Shown: positions 14,401-24,191 of the stretch, piece after piece | Numbering within the stretch: position 1 is the stretch's first letter | Layout: each line of letters opens with the position of its first letter | Assembly: GCA_036677365.1 (NCBI GenBank) | Contig: JAVBWN010000016.1 | Coordinates: 1-64,000 of the forward strand | Direction of reading: 5' to 3' | From: Acholeplasma sp. | GTDB lineage: Bacteria; Bacillota_I; Bacilli_A; Acholeplasmatales; UBA5453 | Length of the DNA stretch: 64,000 bases | Notes under the pieces: generated by a model | What the model was told of the DNA's origin: nothing | Seen by the model: only the letters and a program-made list of their open reading frames with translations | Databases searched by the model: none | Translations under genes and position numbers: made by a program

Positions 14401-17400
14401 TCTTCTACCCAGGTGCAGTATTACAACTACCAAATGGTGACCCAACGTACGGCACCACTTTACAATGGTCAGTGATTGGTGATAATGCTACGTATTTCGA
14501 TATGCAAACCTTCACGTTCCAACCAACCGATTCAGAAAGAATCATACAACTCCAATGTGTGATTACATTACAAGGGTTCAGTAAAACAGCGGTATTTAAC
14601 CTCACATTGAAACCTGATACGTTTGTTACTTATGAAGAACTCTTAAGTCTAAACGACAATGACTATGTCAAGATTAAAGGGGTTGTTTTGGCACACATTC
14701 CAATGATTCCAGGTACAGTCATCCTACTAGATGGATACACCGTATTTATTCCTAATTACCAAGCATTGAATCCAGGGGATGAAGCGGTATTCGTTGGTTA
14801 CAAACAAACTCAAATGGGTATGATTGTCATCGCTAACGATCCAAATACCGTTTTACTCGAAGTTTTACAAACCGGATTACCTCTACCAGAAGCTACCGAA
14901 ATCCCATTATCGGTATTCGTTAACCTTCCAGGCGATAACCCACTATACTGGTTCAAGTTTGTCAAACTCACAGGTACCCTTCAATTCGATCCTAACAGTG
15001 GCTATTATTTCTTGACCGATGGCCCATACGCCACAGGTATTTTAAGCTTAGACCCAATGGGTAATCAAAACCTAGCCATGTATGAAGGCATGCCAGTGAC
15101 ACTCACAGGCTTTACCCTCATGAACTTTGATATGGGTGGTAGATTACACTTCGCATTCCTCAATGGACCTACAGACATCGAAATGCACGAATTAACCACA
15201 CCAGAAAAGATCGATTGGATCTACTTCCAATTGATGAATCAGTTTGTGCATACATTCTACCTTCCAGGCGATACCATCCATTTCCCACTCACAGACAAAC
15301 TCTATGGGTCTGTCATTTCGTGGCAACATGTCAATGATTCAGCCAACTATATCAACTTATCGACAGGGTATGTCAACGATCAAATCGATCAATTCATCGC
15401 GATTGAACTCCAAGTAAGGATTGTTTTAGATGGCGTCACAACGCTTTACACCATCTTTATTCACATTCAACCGATGATTCAATTCACATCGATTGTAGAT
15501 TTACAGTCGATGCCAATCACCGAAGTGACGTTAGAAGTCATCGTCCTCACAGAACCGAACAATGGGTTTGTTATTGTAGGGGATGAAACGGGCTTTTTGG
15601 CACTATACACGAATCGAAATGACATCCATGTAGGTGATCGTATTCAAATCAAAGGTCACTTGAGTGGCTCACAAGACAATATATTGGTCAGTGAATTTGG
15701 TGATGTGGTAACAATGATTGTCGATTATGGTAATCCTGACCCGACCTCGACCGCTGTTCTCTCGGTTTCAGAATTTATGAACATCCCACTATCCATCTTA
15801 TTCTTTCAGTACAAACGTTTTGAAGTTAGTGGTACTTTAGGCTTTAATGACATGACCAGCCAATATTTCATCGTACAAGAAGGCAGTGTCGTCTCTATTG
15901 TTCCGACCACCCCAGAAGGTATGATGACTTTACACATGAATTTGAACCGTAATGTTACCCTTAAAGGGTATGCTTCACCACACCCTATGGGCAATCAATT
16001 GATGTTCTTTAATGCTATGGGTGATATTAAAGTCAATCTATCCAATCAAATGATTGTGGATGAAATACAGCAACAAATCATCGATATGTACGATAAAGTC
16101 TATCGTCCGGGACAACAAGTTATCCTTGAAGTAGGGTTGAGTCCATATTACCCAGAATTATCCTATATACTTATTAGTGACCCAAGCCTATACAACATGG
16201 ACTTTGGCTATATCAGTGAAATGATCACCGAAATCACCACCATCACATTTGAAGTGACGATTGAATATTATGACATCATTCAAACATTCCAGCTTTACCT
16301 ATATGTAGAACCGATTGAGTTCTCTACTGTAGAACAAATTCAAATGGCACCACTTGGCGCAACGATGAACTTAGATGCGGTAGTTCTATTTACAAGCTAC
16401 GATGAAACCATCCCATACATCATCGTTGGCGACGCTACAGGGTACATCATGATTTTGGGTAAACACTATTATTACACCAATGACCGTGTCCAATTCCAAG
16501 GCGTAGTTACCACATATCAAGGTGAAAAAGCACTACAAGTTGAAGCTTACAATGCACAGTTCATATCGAGTGATAACACCAGCCTCACACAACCAATCCC
16601 GATGACATTGTTTGAAGCAAGACAAATCAATTCATCTTCACCATGGATGACATACATCGTCATTACAGGTACGGTTGGTCGCGAATACAACAATTTATTC
16701 TTAGTCGATGAAAACACCCAAGAAGATGTATTATTCGCGAATATTTACGAAAGAAATGTGTTCTATAACTACGTTGGACTATACGTCACAATTAAAGCAT
16801 TTATCCATTACAACGAAACGATATCCGCGCCAGCAATTTATTATTCTGGTGGTGAAGCAGGCATTCAGTTATCATATTCAACCGATCAAGAAAAATTGGA
16901 CGCGTTATTTAACATGGGTAGAGAACATTTTGAAAATCAAATTTACCACCCATTTGAAACCATTGAAATGCCAACTTACTTTGGGTTATTTGATGCGTAT
17001 CTCAGTTATGAAATACTCACAGGTAGCGCATACTTGGTAGACAATATCGTTCAAATGGTCAATGAACCTGTGACGATGACGCTACAAATCACCGCTTTGA
17101 TTGGTACCACCGAAGATGTCATCGTTTATACGATTCATATCGAACCGTATCCGATCACCAATATCGTTGACTTAACCTTACTGGATGATGATTCGTTTGT
17201 TGTAATCCAGGGCACCGTTCGGGCTGTTCAAGAGATGCGAACCATCATTGAAGACGCCACCGGCATGATTGTTTTAGAAGGCTTTGGTGGGTATCAAATA
17301 GGGGATATCATCCTTGTTTATGGGTACCTAAATTATGTCTATGGTACGATTCAAGTGAACGCCTGGGGTAACGACGCGTTATCCGCTGTCATCGGTTTTG

Positions 17401-18560
17401 ATGACAGTGAACCGACCTTATCGGAAATCTCGTTGTATGAAACAGGTATGTTAGATCCAAATGGCGCATCACTTGCCTTTTATACCACCTATTATGGCGT
17501 CATTGAAAATAGAAATGGCACGTTCTATTTAACCAATGCGATGTATGCCATTCAATTATTAGAAGCAAGCGAACAAGCCCATACCGCATTACTTCAAATG
17601 GAAAACGAACTTGTGGGTATTCAAGTATACTTTGTAGGCATTGAAATGTATGGTGAATTGATGATGACTGCGGTATTCACAGGCAATACCAATGAATACA
17701 CATTCTTGCAGATGACTGCCGAAGACATCACCGCTGAAATCCTCAATTACGCCCTACATATGCTAGACCACCCATATTACACCGAACAAGTGATGCCATA
17801 CCCGTTAGAACACCCTTATTTCCATGGGTCCATTCAAATTACTAATGAGGGTATTCACGCGAATCTCATCAGTTTCAATCAAGGTGTGGTGACGGTAGGT
17901 GAAGTCAGTGAAGCTTATCAAACCGATATTTTGGTGGAAGTGACCTATTTGGGTATGACGTATGGTCAAACACTCACCATCACGATTTCACCATTTCCTA
18001 TCACCACCTTACTGGATGCACAATACAACCACCTAGGTGAACGTGTGTTCTTAAAAGTCATCATTACAGCGATGCAATTCCACTATGACACGATGACCTA
18101 TGTGATGGATGAAACAGGTTTTGGGTATTTCATTCGAATGAGTGAAGACCTACACATGTATACGGGGTATGAATTGATCATTTCTGGATACGTATATGAA
18201 CCGATGGAAGGTATTTCCTACATCGATCAAATCGTGGTACATAAAATATTGAACCCAGTCGTACTACCTAACCCAACCACCATCCAAATGAATGAATTAC
18301 TCATCAATGGTGAATTGAATACCGCCCTCTTGGGAGAAGTTGTCACTTTCGAAGCAATATTGATGGATTACGGTATGGAAAAAACCCTCAATCAACCGGG
18401 TATTCAAGCGGTACTGATTGGTAACGTGTTACCACCATATCAATTGCTCAGTACATATCAAGGACAAATGATTCAAATCGTAGGTATTTTGGTAGGGTAT
18501 CGTGTGGATTATGTGACACAACAAGTCATCCCACTCATCGGTTATCTACCGCTCGTTTAA
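11418..18560 (+). CDS. Giant surface lipoprotein: 11 InlB B-repeats (Flg_new) plus repeated OB-OB-Ig-like modules
   Basis: ATG 11418 after a GGGGAG SD; signal MRKLLTVLAFLLIFLTAC with lipobox; 11 repeats of the type F.tNGG...PtK.GY.F.GW...LYAKW; C-terminal recurring xxDxTG/GDxV OB-like units. Confidence 0.8.
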   Translation: MRKLLTVLAFLLIFLTACNQTSEIKITFIENGGVELEDLTIKTTDTSIDLPTPVRDGYTFDGWFTDEDLTIPFTIASLLTQSGGITVYAKWTQIINQFTVTYQTNGGSTIAPVVYASGATVIEPTDPTKEGYTFVGWFEDSALLSPYTFGPMPESNLTLYAKWTINQYTISFESNGGSSVAAITADYQATITKPTNPTKVGYTFVDWFVEATLTTPYVFNQMGASNITLYAKWQINTYTVSFESNQGTLVASIMTDYNTAITQPTDPTKVGHTFGGWYTDETLTIPFVFTTPVTQAFTLYAKWDINSYTMTFNTLGGSPINPVTQSYGSVITIPNPAKEGYDFAGWYSNETLTTPYTVGTMPDTNMTLYAKWTASPYTITFNTNGGTTVTAISANYMDAVTKPEDPTKVGYTFDGWYSDATWITPFVFTTMPVGGATLHAKWIINTYTITFIVNGGTTILPMTADFESAITAPETTRVGYSFQGFYTESTFENLYTFNKMGSSDITLYVKWMPIQYSIHFISNGGSEVSTIYGIIDENVTKPTDPTKQGHTFMGWYTESEFTTLFVFNQMPVDGAVLYAKWSINNYQLTYIIEGALINQEIAYQSQITLMAPPQIEGFTFVGWLENDTPFTLTTMPDRNITIVPKYEHNIYTISFGNIVKSEMQVKYADPIAIEPPTKPGYAFTGWFTDEFLLNEFTLTHMPANHIRLYAQFEPLAIELHLHIEDTYTQVLLIGYQDKYILQTPTRDGYQFLGWYLEDTFETKVFDIQMGLEPIHVYALWKLDEGYDLIETILLSKPVDRILVKGVITFIFPRPGFPGFYVSDGTGNIFVLANPTGFVVGDVIEFEASYDNFEHTPQLINPSGMVLSTGTFDMPSLTTLTYEDVLRLDETNPLVYGQRVQLEAYLGYGMGGFYLQAPFSEDKIMINYRSIVDDNVLMPFINQTVIIEAYIHDFQSMAGLWHIAYIPNSMDVPTYTPEDIIDQVIVLGTTQLEGRVFYPGAVLQLPNGDPTYGTTLQWSVIGDNATYFDMQTFTFQPTDSERIIQLQCVITLQGFSKTAVFNLTLKPDTFVTYEELLSLNDNDYVKIKGVVLAHIPMIPGTVILLDGYTVFIPNYQALNPGDEAVFVGYKQTQMGMIVIANDPNTVLLEVLQTGLPLPEATEIPLSVFVNLPGDNPLYWFKFVKLTGTLQFDPNSGYYFLTDGPYATGILSLDPMGNQNLAMYEGMPVTLTGFTLMNFDMGGRLHFAFLNGPTDIEMHELTTPEKIDWIYFQLMNQFVHTFYLPGDTIHFPLTDKLYGSVISWQHVNDSANYINLSTGYVNDQIDQFIAIELQVRIVLDGVTTLYTIFIHIQPMIQFTSIVDLQSMPITEVTLEVIVLTEPNNGFVIVGDETGFLALYTNRNDIHVGDRIQIKGHLSGSQDNILVSEFGDVVTMIVDYGNPDPTSTAVLSVSEFMNIPLSILFFQYKRFEVSGTLGFNDMTSQYFIVQEGSVVSIVPTTPEGMMTLHMNLNRNVTLKGYASPHPMGNQLMFFNAMGDIKVNLSNQMIVDEIQQQIIDMYDKVYRPGQQVILEVGLSPYYPELSYILISDPSLYNMDFGYISEMITEITTITFEVTIEYYDIIQTFQLYLYVEPIEFSTVEQIQMAPLGATMNLDAVVLFTSYDETIPYIIVGDATGYIMILGKHYYYTNDRVQFQGVVTTYQGEKALQVEAYNAQFISSDNTSLTQPIPMTLFEARQINSSSPWMTYIVITGTVGREYNNLFLVDENTQEDVLFANIYERNVFYNYVGLYVTIKAFIHYNETISAPAIYYSGGEAGIQLSYSTDQEKLDALFNMGREHFENQIYHPFETIEMPTYFGLFDAYLSYEILTGSAYLVDNIVQMVNEPVTMTLQITALIGTTEDVIVYTIHIEPYPITNIVDLTLLDDDSFVVIQGTVRAVQEMRTIIEDATGMIVLEGFGGYQIGDIILVYGYLNYVYGTIQVNAWGNDALSAVIGFDDSEPTLSEISLYETGMLDPNGASLAFYTTYYGVIENRNGTFYLTNAMYAIQLLEASEQAHTALLQMENELVGIQVYFVGIEMYGELMMTAVFTGNTNEYTFLQMTAEDITAEILNYALHMLDHPYYTEQVMPYPLEHPYFHGSIQITNEGIHANLISFNQGVVTVGEVSEAYQTDILVEVTYLGMTYGQTLTITISPFPITTLLDAQYNHLGERVFLKVIITAMQFHYDTMTYVMDETGFGYFIRMSEDLHMYTGYELIISGYVYEPMEGISYIDQIVVHKILNPVVLPNPTTIQMNELLINGELNTALLGEVVTFEAILMDYGMEKTLNQPGIQAVLIGNVLPPYQLLSTYQGQMIQIVGILVGYRVDYVTQQVIPLIGYLPLV

Positions 18561-18577
18561 TTTAATATATTATTGGA

Positions 18578-18609
18578 TAAAGCGACCAACTAAAGGTCGC
18601 TTTATTTTT
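18578..18609 (+). terminator. Intrinsic terminator after the lipoprotein gene
   Basis: taaagcgacc...ggtcgcttta hairpin plus T-run. Confidence 0.8.
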
Positions 18610-18637
18610 GAAAATATACAAAACGTATATAAAATTG

Positions 18638-18666
18638 TTGATAAAGCGCTGTATTTGGTGTAAAAT
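18638..18666 (+). promoter_or_regulatory. Sigma-A type promoter of the ATPase operon
   Basis: TTGATA-17 bp-TAAAAT; ATATAC-N5-GTATAT dyad just upstream (18614-18630). Confidence 0.6.
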
Positions 18667-18684
18667 AACATTGAGGTGATAAGA

Positions 18685-19989
18685 ATGCGCTATTTTATGC
18701 AAAAAATGACCATCAGAGGAATTAAGAATATAAAAAATAAAATCACCATTGAATTTTCGAACAAAAAATTAGGTAAAGAGCTAGATTACACAAAAGTAAA
18801 AGCAATTTACGGACCGAATGGCGCAGGTAAAACTGCAGTTGTGGACGCTTTAAAGATATACCAAGCTTTAACCACTGAAAAAACACAATTGTATAATAAG
18901 GCGTTTAAAGAAGAACTTCTTGAAACGATGAACAAGATTACGAATAAAATCCAGTTATCTTTAACAGCGATTATTATTGACGACGAATTTCATGAAACAA
19001 ATAAAATTCAGCACGACATCGAGTTAACTGCGAAAGATAAGGATGTTTTTTTAACATTTGAATCATTGAAACGATATAAAAACATTAACAGCGATATGGT
19101 GGTAATGTCAATTTCTCAACAAGACGGACTTTTAACATTAAATAAAGTTGGGCAAGACAAAATTATTAATCATGAGGTTAATCAAAGATCCATGATTGAG
19201 TTGTATTCAGGTTATATTAAGTCTTTGTATGAAAGAAAAGTACCTTGGAAAAAATTGACAAAACAAGATCAAATTGACTATGGATTCTTTGCTGATTTCA
19301 TTGGTTTTTCAAATGCATTGTATATCATTAGCGAGGATGCCGATGATCATGCTTATTATTTTAAAGAACGTAAGCATAATCAAACCGATGAAATGTATCT
19401 CGAAGAAAACACAAAAACAAACTTCAGTATTTATGATGAAATTGTTCGTGTAGACGAAGTAGATAAATATAAGAGTTTTTATCAAAAAATCGAAAACTTC
19501 ATTAAGGTTTTTAAATCGGATCTAATTCAAATTGATTTAGAAGAAAAATCCATTAATTCCAATGAAATCAAAATAGAAAAGTATTTTAACTATGGTGATT
19601 ACAAAGTTCACATGGAGTTTGAAAGTGCGGGTATTAAAAAACTTGTAAAACTATATGTTGCAATTCACAATGCGGTCAGTGGCGGAATCACAATCATTGA
19701 TGAGTTTGATGCCAACATTAATGATATTTATTTGAATAAGCTTATTGAGTATGTAATTTATCACGGACAAGGGCAGTTGTTGTTTACTACACATAATACA
19801 TCGCCAATGGATACGTTAAGAAATCAAAAGAAATCGATTGACTTTATTAACGAGTCTGGTGAATTGGTGAATTGGGTCATAAATGGTAATGCTTCACCTG
19901 CTAAAATGTACCATAACGGAGCAATCGAAGGTCTGCCATTCAATATCGATTCTTTCGATTTTATCGGTCTTTTTGATGAACAAGAATGA
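18685..19989 (+). CDS. ABC-type AAA_21/AbiEii/RloA-like ATPase
   Basis: Walker A IYGPNGAGKT, signature ESAGIKK, Walker B IIDEFD, H-loop FTTHN; ATG 18685 after GAGGTG (alternative GTG at 18676). Confidence 0.85.
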   Translation: MRYFMQKMTIRGIKNIKNKITIEFSNKKLGKELDYTKVKAIYGPNGAGKTAVVDALKIYQALTTEKTQLYNKAFKEELLETMNKITNKIQLSLTAIIIDDEFHETNKIQHDIELTAKDKDVFLTFESLKRYKNINSDMVVMSISQQDGLLTLNKVGQDKIINHEVNQRSMIELYSGYIKSLYERKVPWKKLTKQDQIDYGFFADFIGFSNALYIISEDADDHAYYFKERKHNQTDEMYLEENTKTNFSIYDEIVRVDEVDKYKSFYQKIENFIKVFKSDLIQIDLEEKSINSNEIKIEKYFNYGDYKVHMEFESAGIKKLVKLYVAIHNAVSGGITIIDEFDANINDIYLNKLIEYVIYHGQGQLLFTTHNTSPMDTLRNQKKSIDFINESGELVNWVINGNASPAKMYHNGAIEGLPFNIDSFDFIGLFDEQE

Positions 19990-20489
19990 ATAGAGTGATT
20001 GTAATTTGTGTCGAGTCATCAAAACAGGCAGGTTTTGATGATAAGTACATTGACAACATCATTAAGCATTATTATGGAGATAGAAATCCCATACGATATG
20101 TCAATATGGATGGCAAAGGTAACTATAATAAAAGAAGTATAAAACAAAATATTCAAGATAAGTGTATTGGTTTTAGAGAAGCTGTCATCATTTATGCTAT
20201 CGATCTAGACTACTTCGAGTCAAACTATCAACAAAAAGAGTTGAATGAAAGGGTTATAGCCTATGTCAATCAAATGAATTACCAATTGGTTTGGTTCTAT
20301 CCAAATATAGAACACGTTTTGGTTGGTGAGGATGTTGACAAAAATAAAAAACGTGCAAGGGTCACGCAGTTCACAAAGAATCAAGATATCATATTTATCA
20401 ACACTGTTTATCTTGAGGCATTAACCATCAAAAAGGGGTATTCTAATATACTGTCAGTTTTAGATAAGTACCTGCAAAGGAAAAAGTAA
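19986..20489 (+). CDS. Small TOPRIM/RloB-like partner protein
   Basis: N-terminal VICVE glutamate, DLD (DxD) motif, PNIE motif; ATGA overlap with the ATPase. Confidence 0.6.
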   Translation: MNRVIVICVESSKQAGFDDKYIDNIIKHYYGDRNPIRYVNMDGKGNYNKRSIKQNIQDKCIGFREAVIIYAIDLDYFESNYQQKELNERVIAYVNQMNYQLVWFYPNIEHVLVGEDVDKNKKRARVTQFTKNQDIIFINTVYLEALTIKKGYSNILSVLDKYLQRKK

Positions 20490-20544
20490 TTCATAGTATC
20501 GGATTCACGATGTATTTACTTTAAGATGAAAACAGGTTATAATT

Positions 20545-20768
20545 AAACCAAATCGAAGAATGAGCCGTAGTATGGTCACTATTTTAAGCGAGTGGGTGGT
20601 TGGTGTGAACCCATAAGTGCCCTATGAATTCCACTCAGGAGAGGTGTTAATCCCACCCGCTGACAAGCGTTAAAATGTTTAAGTGCTATCTGTAGGTACA
20701 GGTAGAATTAAGGTGGTACCGCGACTATTTCGTCCTTAAGAATGCAAATTCTTTTGGACTTTTTTTTC
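20545..20768 (+). ncRNA. T-box riboswitch (Ser specifier) upstream of serS
   Basis: T-box AAGGTGGTACCGCG (~20710-20723), stem I GGTGTGA loop, specifier TCC at 20630-20632, terminator hairpin plus T-run; promoter TTTACT-17-TATAAT at 20515-20543. Confidence 0.9.
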
Positions 20769-20787
20769 TAACAAAGGGGGACAAATC

Positions 20788-22065
20788 ATGTTAGATATTA
20801 AATGGATTAGAGAAAATCTCGATGAAGCCATCGAACGACTCAACACCAGAGGTGGCGACTTCAGTTATTTAAGAGAAGTCGTACAAAAAGACGAAGAACG
20901 TAGAAACTTAATCTCAACCGTTGAAAAGCTTAAGAGTGAACGAAACACCAAATCCAAAGAGATTGGTATTTTAGCGAAAAAAGGTCAAGATACAGAGGCG
21001 ATCAAAGATCAAGTCAGACAAATCGGCGATCAAATCAAAATCGATGATGAAAAGATTGCTGAAATTGATGCTTACATTTTAGAGAAATTGTTGATCACAC
21101 CCAACATCCCATCGAAGACCACCCCTGTGGGCATCGATGATAAGGACAATGTTTTGATCAAAGACTGGGGTACACCCAAAGAATTTACATTCCCAATCAA
21201 AGATCATGCCGATTTGGGTGAAAAATTGGGTATTTTAGACTTCCAAAGGGCAGCGAAAATCACTGGGGCACGTTTTGTCATTGATAGAGGTATGGGCGCA
21301 CGTTTGGAACGTTCCTTGATTCAATTCATGATGGATTTGCATGCTGAAGACCATGGATATACAGAAATTATCCCACCTTATTTGGTCAATGAAGCATCGA
21401 TGTATGCCACAGGTCAATTTCCTAAATTCAAGGCGGATTCCTATAAAGTCACTTCAGATGAAGATACATGGTACTTAAACCCAACCGCTGAAGTACCGAC
21501 CATCAACATGTACCGCGATGAAATCATTGATGGTGATCAATTACCACTTAAGTTTGTTTCTTATACCACAGCTTTCAGAAGTGAAGCAGGTTCTGCAGGT
21601 AGAGATACCAAAGGGATTTTAAGACAACACCAATTCAATAAAGTGGAACTCATTAAATTCACCAAACCAGAAGATTCCTATGCAGAACTTGAAAAGATGT
21701 TAAAGAATTCCGAAAAGGTCTTACAATTGCTTAAATTGCCTTACCGTGTGGTCGCTTTATCTACAGGCGATATGGGCTTTGGTATGGCGAAAACCTATGA
21801 CATTGAAGTTTGGGTTCCAAGTCAAAACACCTATAGAGAAATTGGTTCGATTTCCAATGCTGAAGATTATCAAGCAAGACGTGGCAATATCCGCTTCAAG
21901 CGTACCAGAGATTCTAAAACGGAATATGTCCATACATTGAATGGGTCTGGTCTCGCTGTCGGTAGAACCATGATTGCGATCATGGAGAATTATCAAAATG
22001 AAGACGGTTCGATTACAGTGCCAGACGTGCTTGTACAGTACATGCACACGACCGTCATCAAGTAA
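20788..22065 (+). CDS. serS: Serine--tRNA ligase
   Basis: [46 protein letters not shown]. Confidence 0.99.
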   Translation: MLDIKWIRENLDEAIERLNTRGGDFSYLREVVQKDEERRNLISTVEKLKSERNTKSKEIGILAKKGQDTEAIKDQVRQIGDQIKIDDEKIAEIDAYILEKLLITPNIPSKTTPVGIDDKDNVLIKDWGTPKEFTFPIKDHADLGEKLGILDFQRAAKITGARFVIDRGMGARLERSLIQFMMDLHAEDHGYTEIIPPYLVNEASMYATGQFPKFKADSYKVTSDEDTWYLNPTAEVPTINMYRDEIIDGDQLPLKFVSYTTAFRSEAGSAGRDTKGILRQHQFNKVELIKFTKPEDSYAELEKMLKNSEKVLQLLKLPYRVVALSTGDMGFGMAKTYDIEVWVPSQNTYREIGSISNAEDYQARRGNIRFKRTRDSKTEYVHTLNGSGLAVGRTMIAIMENYQNEDGSITVPDVLVQYMHTTVIK

Positions 22066-22074
22066 CACAAAAAT

Positions 22075-22116
22075 CCATAATTATGTGATAATTTACCCAT
22101 AATTTATAGATATAAT
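22075..22116 (+). promoter_or_regulatory. OmpR/PhoB-type direct-repeat box plus -10 element
   Basis: CCATAATT/TGATAATT/CCATAATT at 22075, 22086 and 22097 (11-bp period), then TATAAT at 22111-22116. Confidence 0.55.
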
Positions 22117-22165
22117 GTGTACATACTGATAACTTATTTTTTCTCCTACCTTCCTATGTTATAAT

Positions 22166-22203
22166 GAAAGTGCCTTAAAAAGGGGCACTTTCTTTATTTT
22201 TTT
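22166..22203 (+). terminator. Intrinsic terminator between serS and the response regulator
   Basis: gaaagtgcc...ggcactttc hairpin plus T-run. Confidence 0.8.
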
Positions 22204-22215
22204 GGAGGTTAAACC

Positions 22216-22869
22216 ATGAAAATTTACTATGTAGAAGACGAACAAGACTTAGCTTCAATCATTAAAAAGTACTTAATCAAAGAAGGCTATGAAGTCTCTG
22301 TGTTTGATTCAGGTGAAGAGGCGATGACCCATGTTTCAGACGATATTGATCTATGGATTTTAGACATCATGCTCACAGGTGACATCAACGGGTATGACCT
22401 CATCGCAGCCATTAAAGAAAAGAACCCGAAAGTCTCGGTTATTTTTACCTCAGCCAGAGACCATGATTTGGATAAAATTAGGGGGTTAGAATTGGGGTCT
22501 GATGATTATCTTGCGAAACCATACTCACCTAGAGAACTCATCTTAAGGGTAAAAGCCATTTTAAGAAGAGCCAACCGTATGAGTCCTAATTTGCTCAAGT
22601 ATGATAATTATGAAATCAATATTGAAAAACGCATCATCAAAGATAACGATCAAGTGATTGAGTTGACCAATAAAGAGTTTGAACTGATGTTGTTCTTTGT
22701 TGAGAATAAAAATCAAGCCTTCTCAAGGGAACAAATCCTCGCCCACGTTTGGGGTCAAGATTACTTTGGGTCTGATAGGGTCGTTGACGATTTATTGAGA
22801 CGTCTTAGACAAAAGATGCCAAACTTGATGATTGAAACCATCTATGGTTATGGATACAGATTGTTATAA
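22216..22869 (+). CDS. OmpR-family response regulator (CssR-like)
   Basis: VEDE, WILDIML phospho-Asp, GSDDYLAKPYSPREL, winged helix with IETIYGYGY. Confidence 0.93.
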   Translation: MKIYYVEDEQDLASIIKKYLIKEGYEVSVFDSGEEAMTHVSDDIDLWILDIMLTGDINGYDLIAAIKEKNPKVSVIFTSARDHDLDKIRGLELGSDDYLAKPYSPRELILRVKAILRRANRMSPNLLKYDNYEINIEKRIIKDNDQVIELTNKEFELMLFFVENKNQAFSREQILAHVWGQDYFGSDRVVDDLLRRLRQKMPNLMIETIYGYGYRLL

Positions 22870-24191
22870 TGAAAAAATTTAAACTGTCGACTCAAGTAGT
22901 CATTCTATTTACGACAGTCACCATATTATCCTCGATGATCTTCGGGTACATCTCTTGGCGTAACTACCAAACGGTCTATCTCGGTTTGGCGCGCAACCAA
23001 GTAGAAACTTACTTAGAAGCGAGCATTGACTTACCGAAGGATAGAGAAGATTATCTAGGCTACATTTTGGTCACTGTCAACCGGGTTTCGACGTTTCGCG
23101 CAGACGTGACAAACCGCATTGTATCGCCAAATGCCAATCAAATGCTTGGTGGCGATATCGACCGTATTAACCGCATCATTGAAGCAGCCTATCTGGGGGA
23201 TTTCATCTACAGTGACGCTACAGGCATTTACTATTTAGACATTCAAGAACGATTGATTATTGACGGTGAAACCTCAGAATATATGATCGCTGTGATGGAT
23301 AATTCCTACATCGATTCGATCAAAGCCTCCACCATGCGTGAAGAAGTATTGACCACCTTCTTGGGTACATTCTTATCGTTCGCCATCATCGTATTTATTG
23401 GTAACACCATCATCGCGATGTGGAGTAGACAAACCGCAGCACGCATTAGACACATTCAAAAAGAAGTCGGGACATTCAATAAGACTGGCTATGAAAATAA
23501 AGTAGAGCTCGAAGGTGAGGATGAATTGTCTGAACTGGCGAGAAGCATCGAAGCATTGAGATTAGAAATCCGTGAGAACGAAAAAACCAAACAAGAAATG
23601 TTTCAAAATGTATCACACGATTTGAAAACCCCAATTTCAGTCATCCAATCCTACGCGGAAGCGATGATGGACGGGACAACCGATGTGGGGGATGCGAAAA
23701 TCATCATTAAGCAAACCGAAAAGCTTCAATCGAAGGTACGCATGTTGTTAGAACTCAACAAGATCAACAACATCGAAATGAATCATACCCTAGAAGAAGT
23801 TTCAATTAAAGACATCATCATGAATGTCACTCAAAACAACAAACACCGTTTTGGTCGTGTTGAAGTCATCACCGATTTGGATAACTCCAAATTCATTGGC
23901 GTCAAAGAGTATTTTTACACATCGGTTGAGAATTTGATCGATAACGCGATTCGATACGCAAAAACAAAAATCATCATCACATTAAAAAACGGCACCCTCA
24001 CATTTTACAATGACGGTCCCGCTATAGAAGAAAAATATATTCAAGATGGATTTAAGCCATATGAAAAAGGTTCAAAAGGCCAGTTTGGTATCGGCATGTC
24101 CATCGTCCAAAAGACATTCAATCGATTTGGCTTTTCGCTGTCGGTTGAAAATGTGGATAATGGCGTCAAATTCACTATAAAGAAGCTTTAA
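22869..24191 (+). CDS. Sensor histidine kinase (HAMP, HisKA, HATPase)
   Basis: Two TM segments, SHDLKTP H-box, ENLIDNAIRY N-box, GQFGIGMSIV. Confidence 0.93.
   Translation: MKKFKLSTQVVILFTTVTILSSMIFGYISWRNYQTVYLGLARNQVETYLEASIDLPKDREDYLGYILVTVNRVSTFRADVTNRIVSPNANQMLGGDIDRINRIIEAAYLGDFIYSDATGIYYLDIQERLIIDGETSEYMIAVMDNSYIDSIKASTMREEVLTTFLGTFLSFAIIVFIGNTIIAMWSRQTAARIRHIQKEVGTFNKTGYENKVELEGEDELSELARSIEALRLEIRENEKTKQEMFQNVSHDLKTPISVIQSYAEAMMDGTTDVGDAKIIIKQTEKLQSKVRMLLELNKINNIEMNHTLEEVSIKDIIMNVTQNNKHRFGRVEVITDLDNSKFIGVKEYFYTSVENLIDNAIRYAKTKIIITLKNGTLTFYNDGPAIEEKYIQDGFKPYEKGSKGQFGIGMSIVQKTFNRFGFSLSVENVDNGVKFTIKKL

Noticed and set aside
11190..20787. rRNA/tRNA genes expected after gyrA by Bacillus synteny
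   Set aside because: No rRNA or tRNA sequence recognised anywhere in the window.
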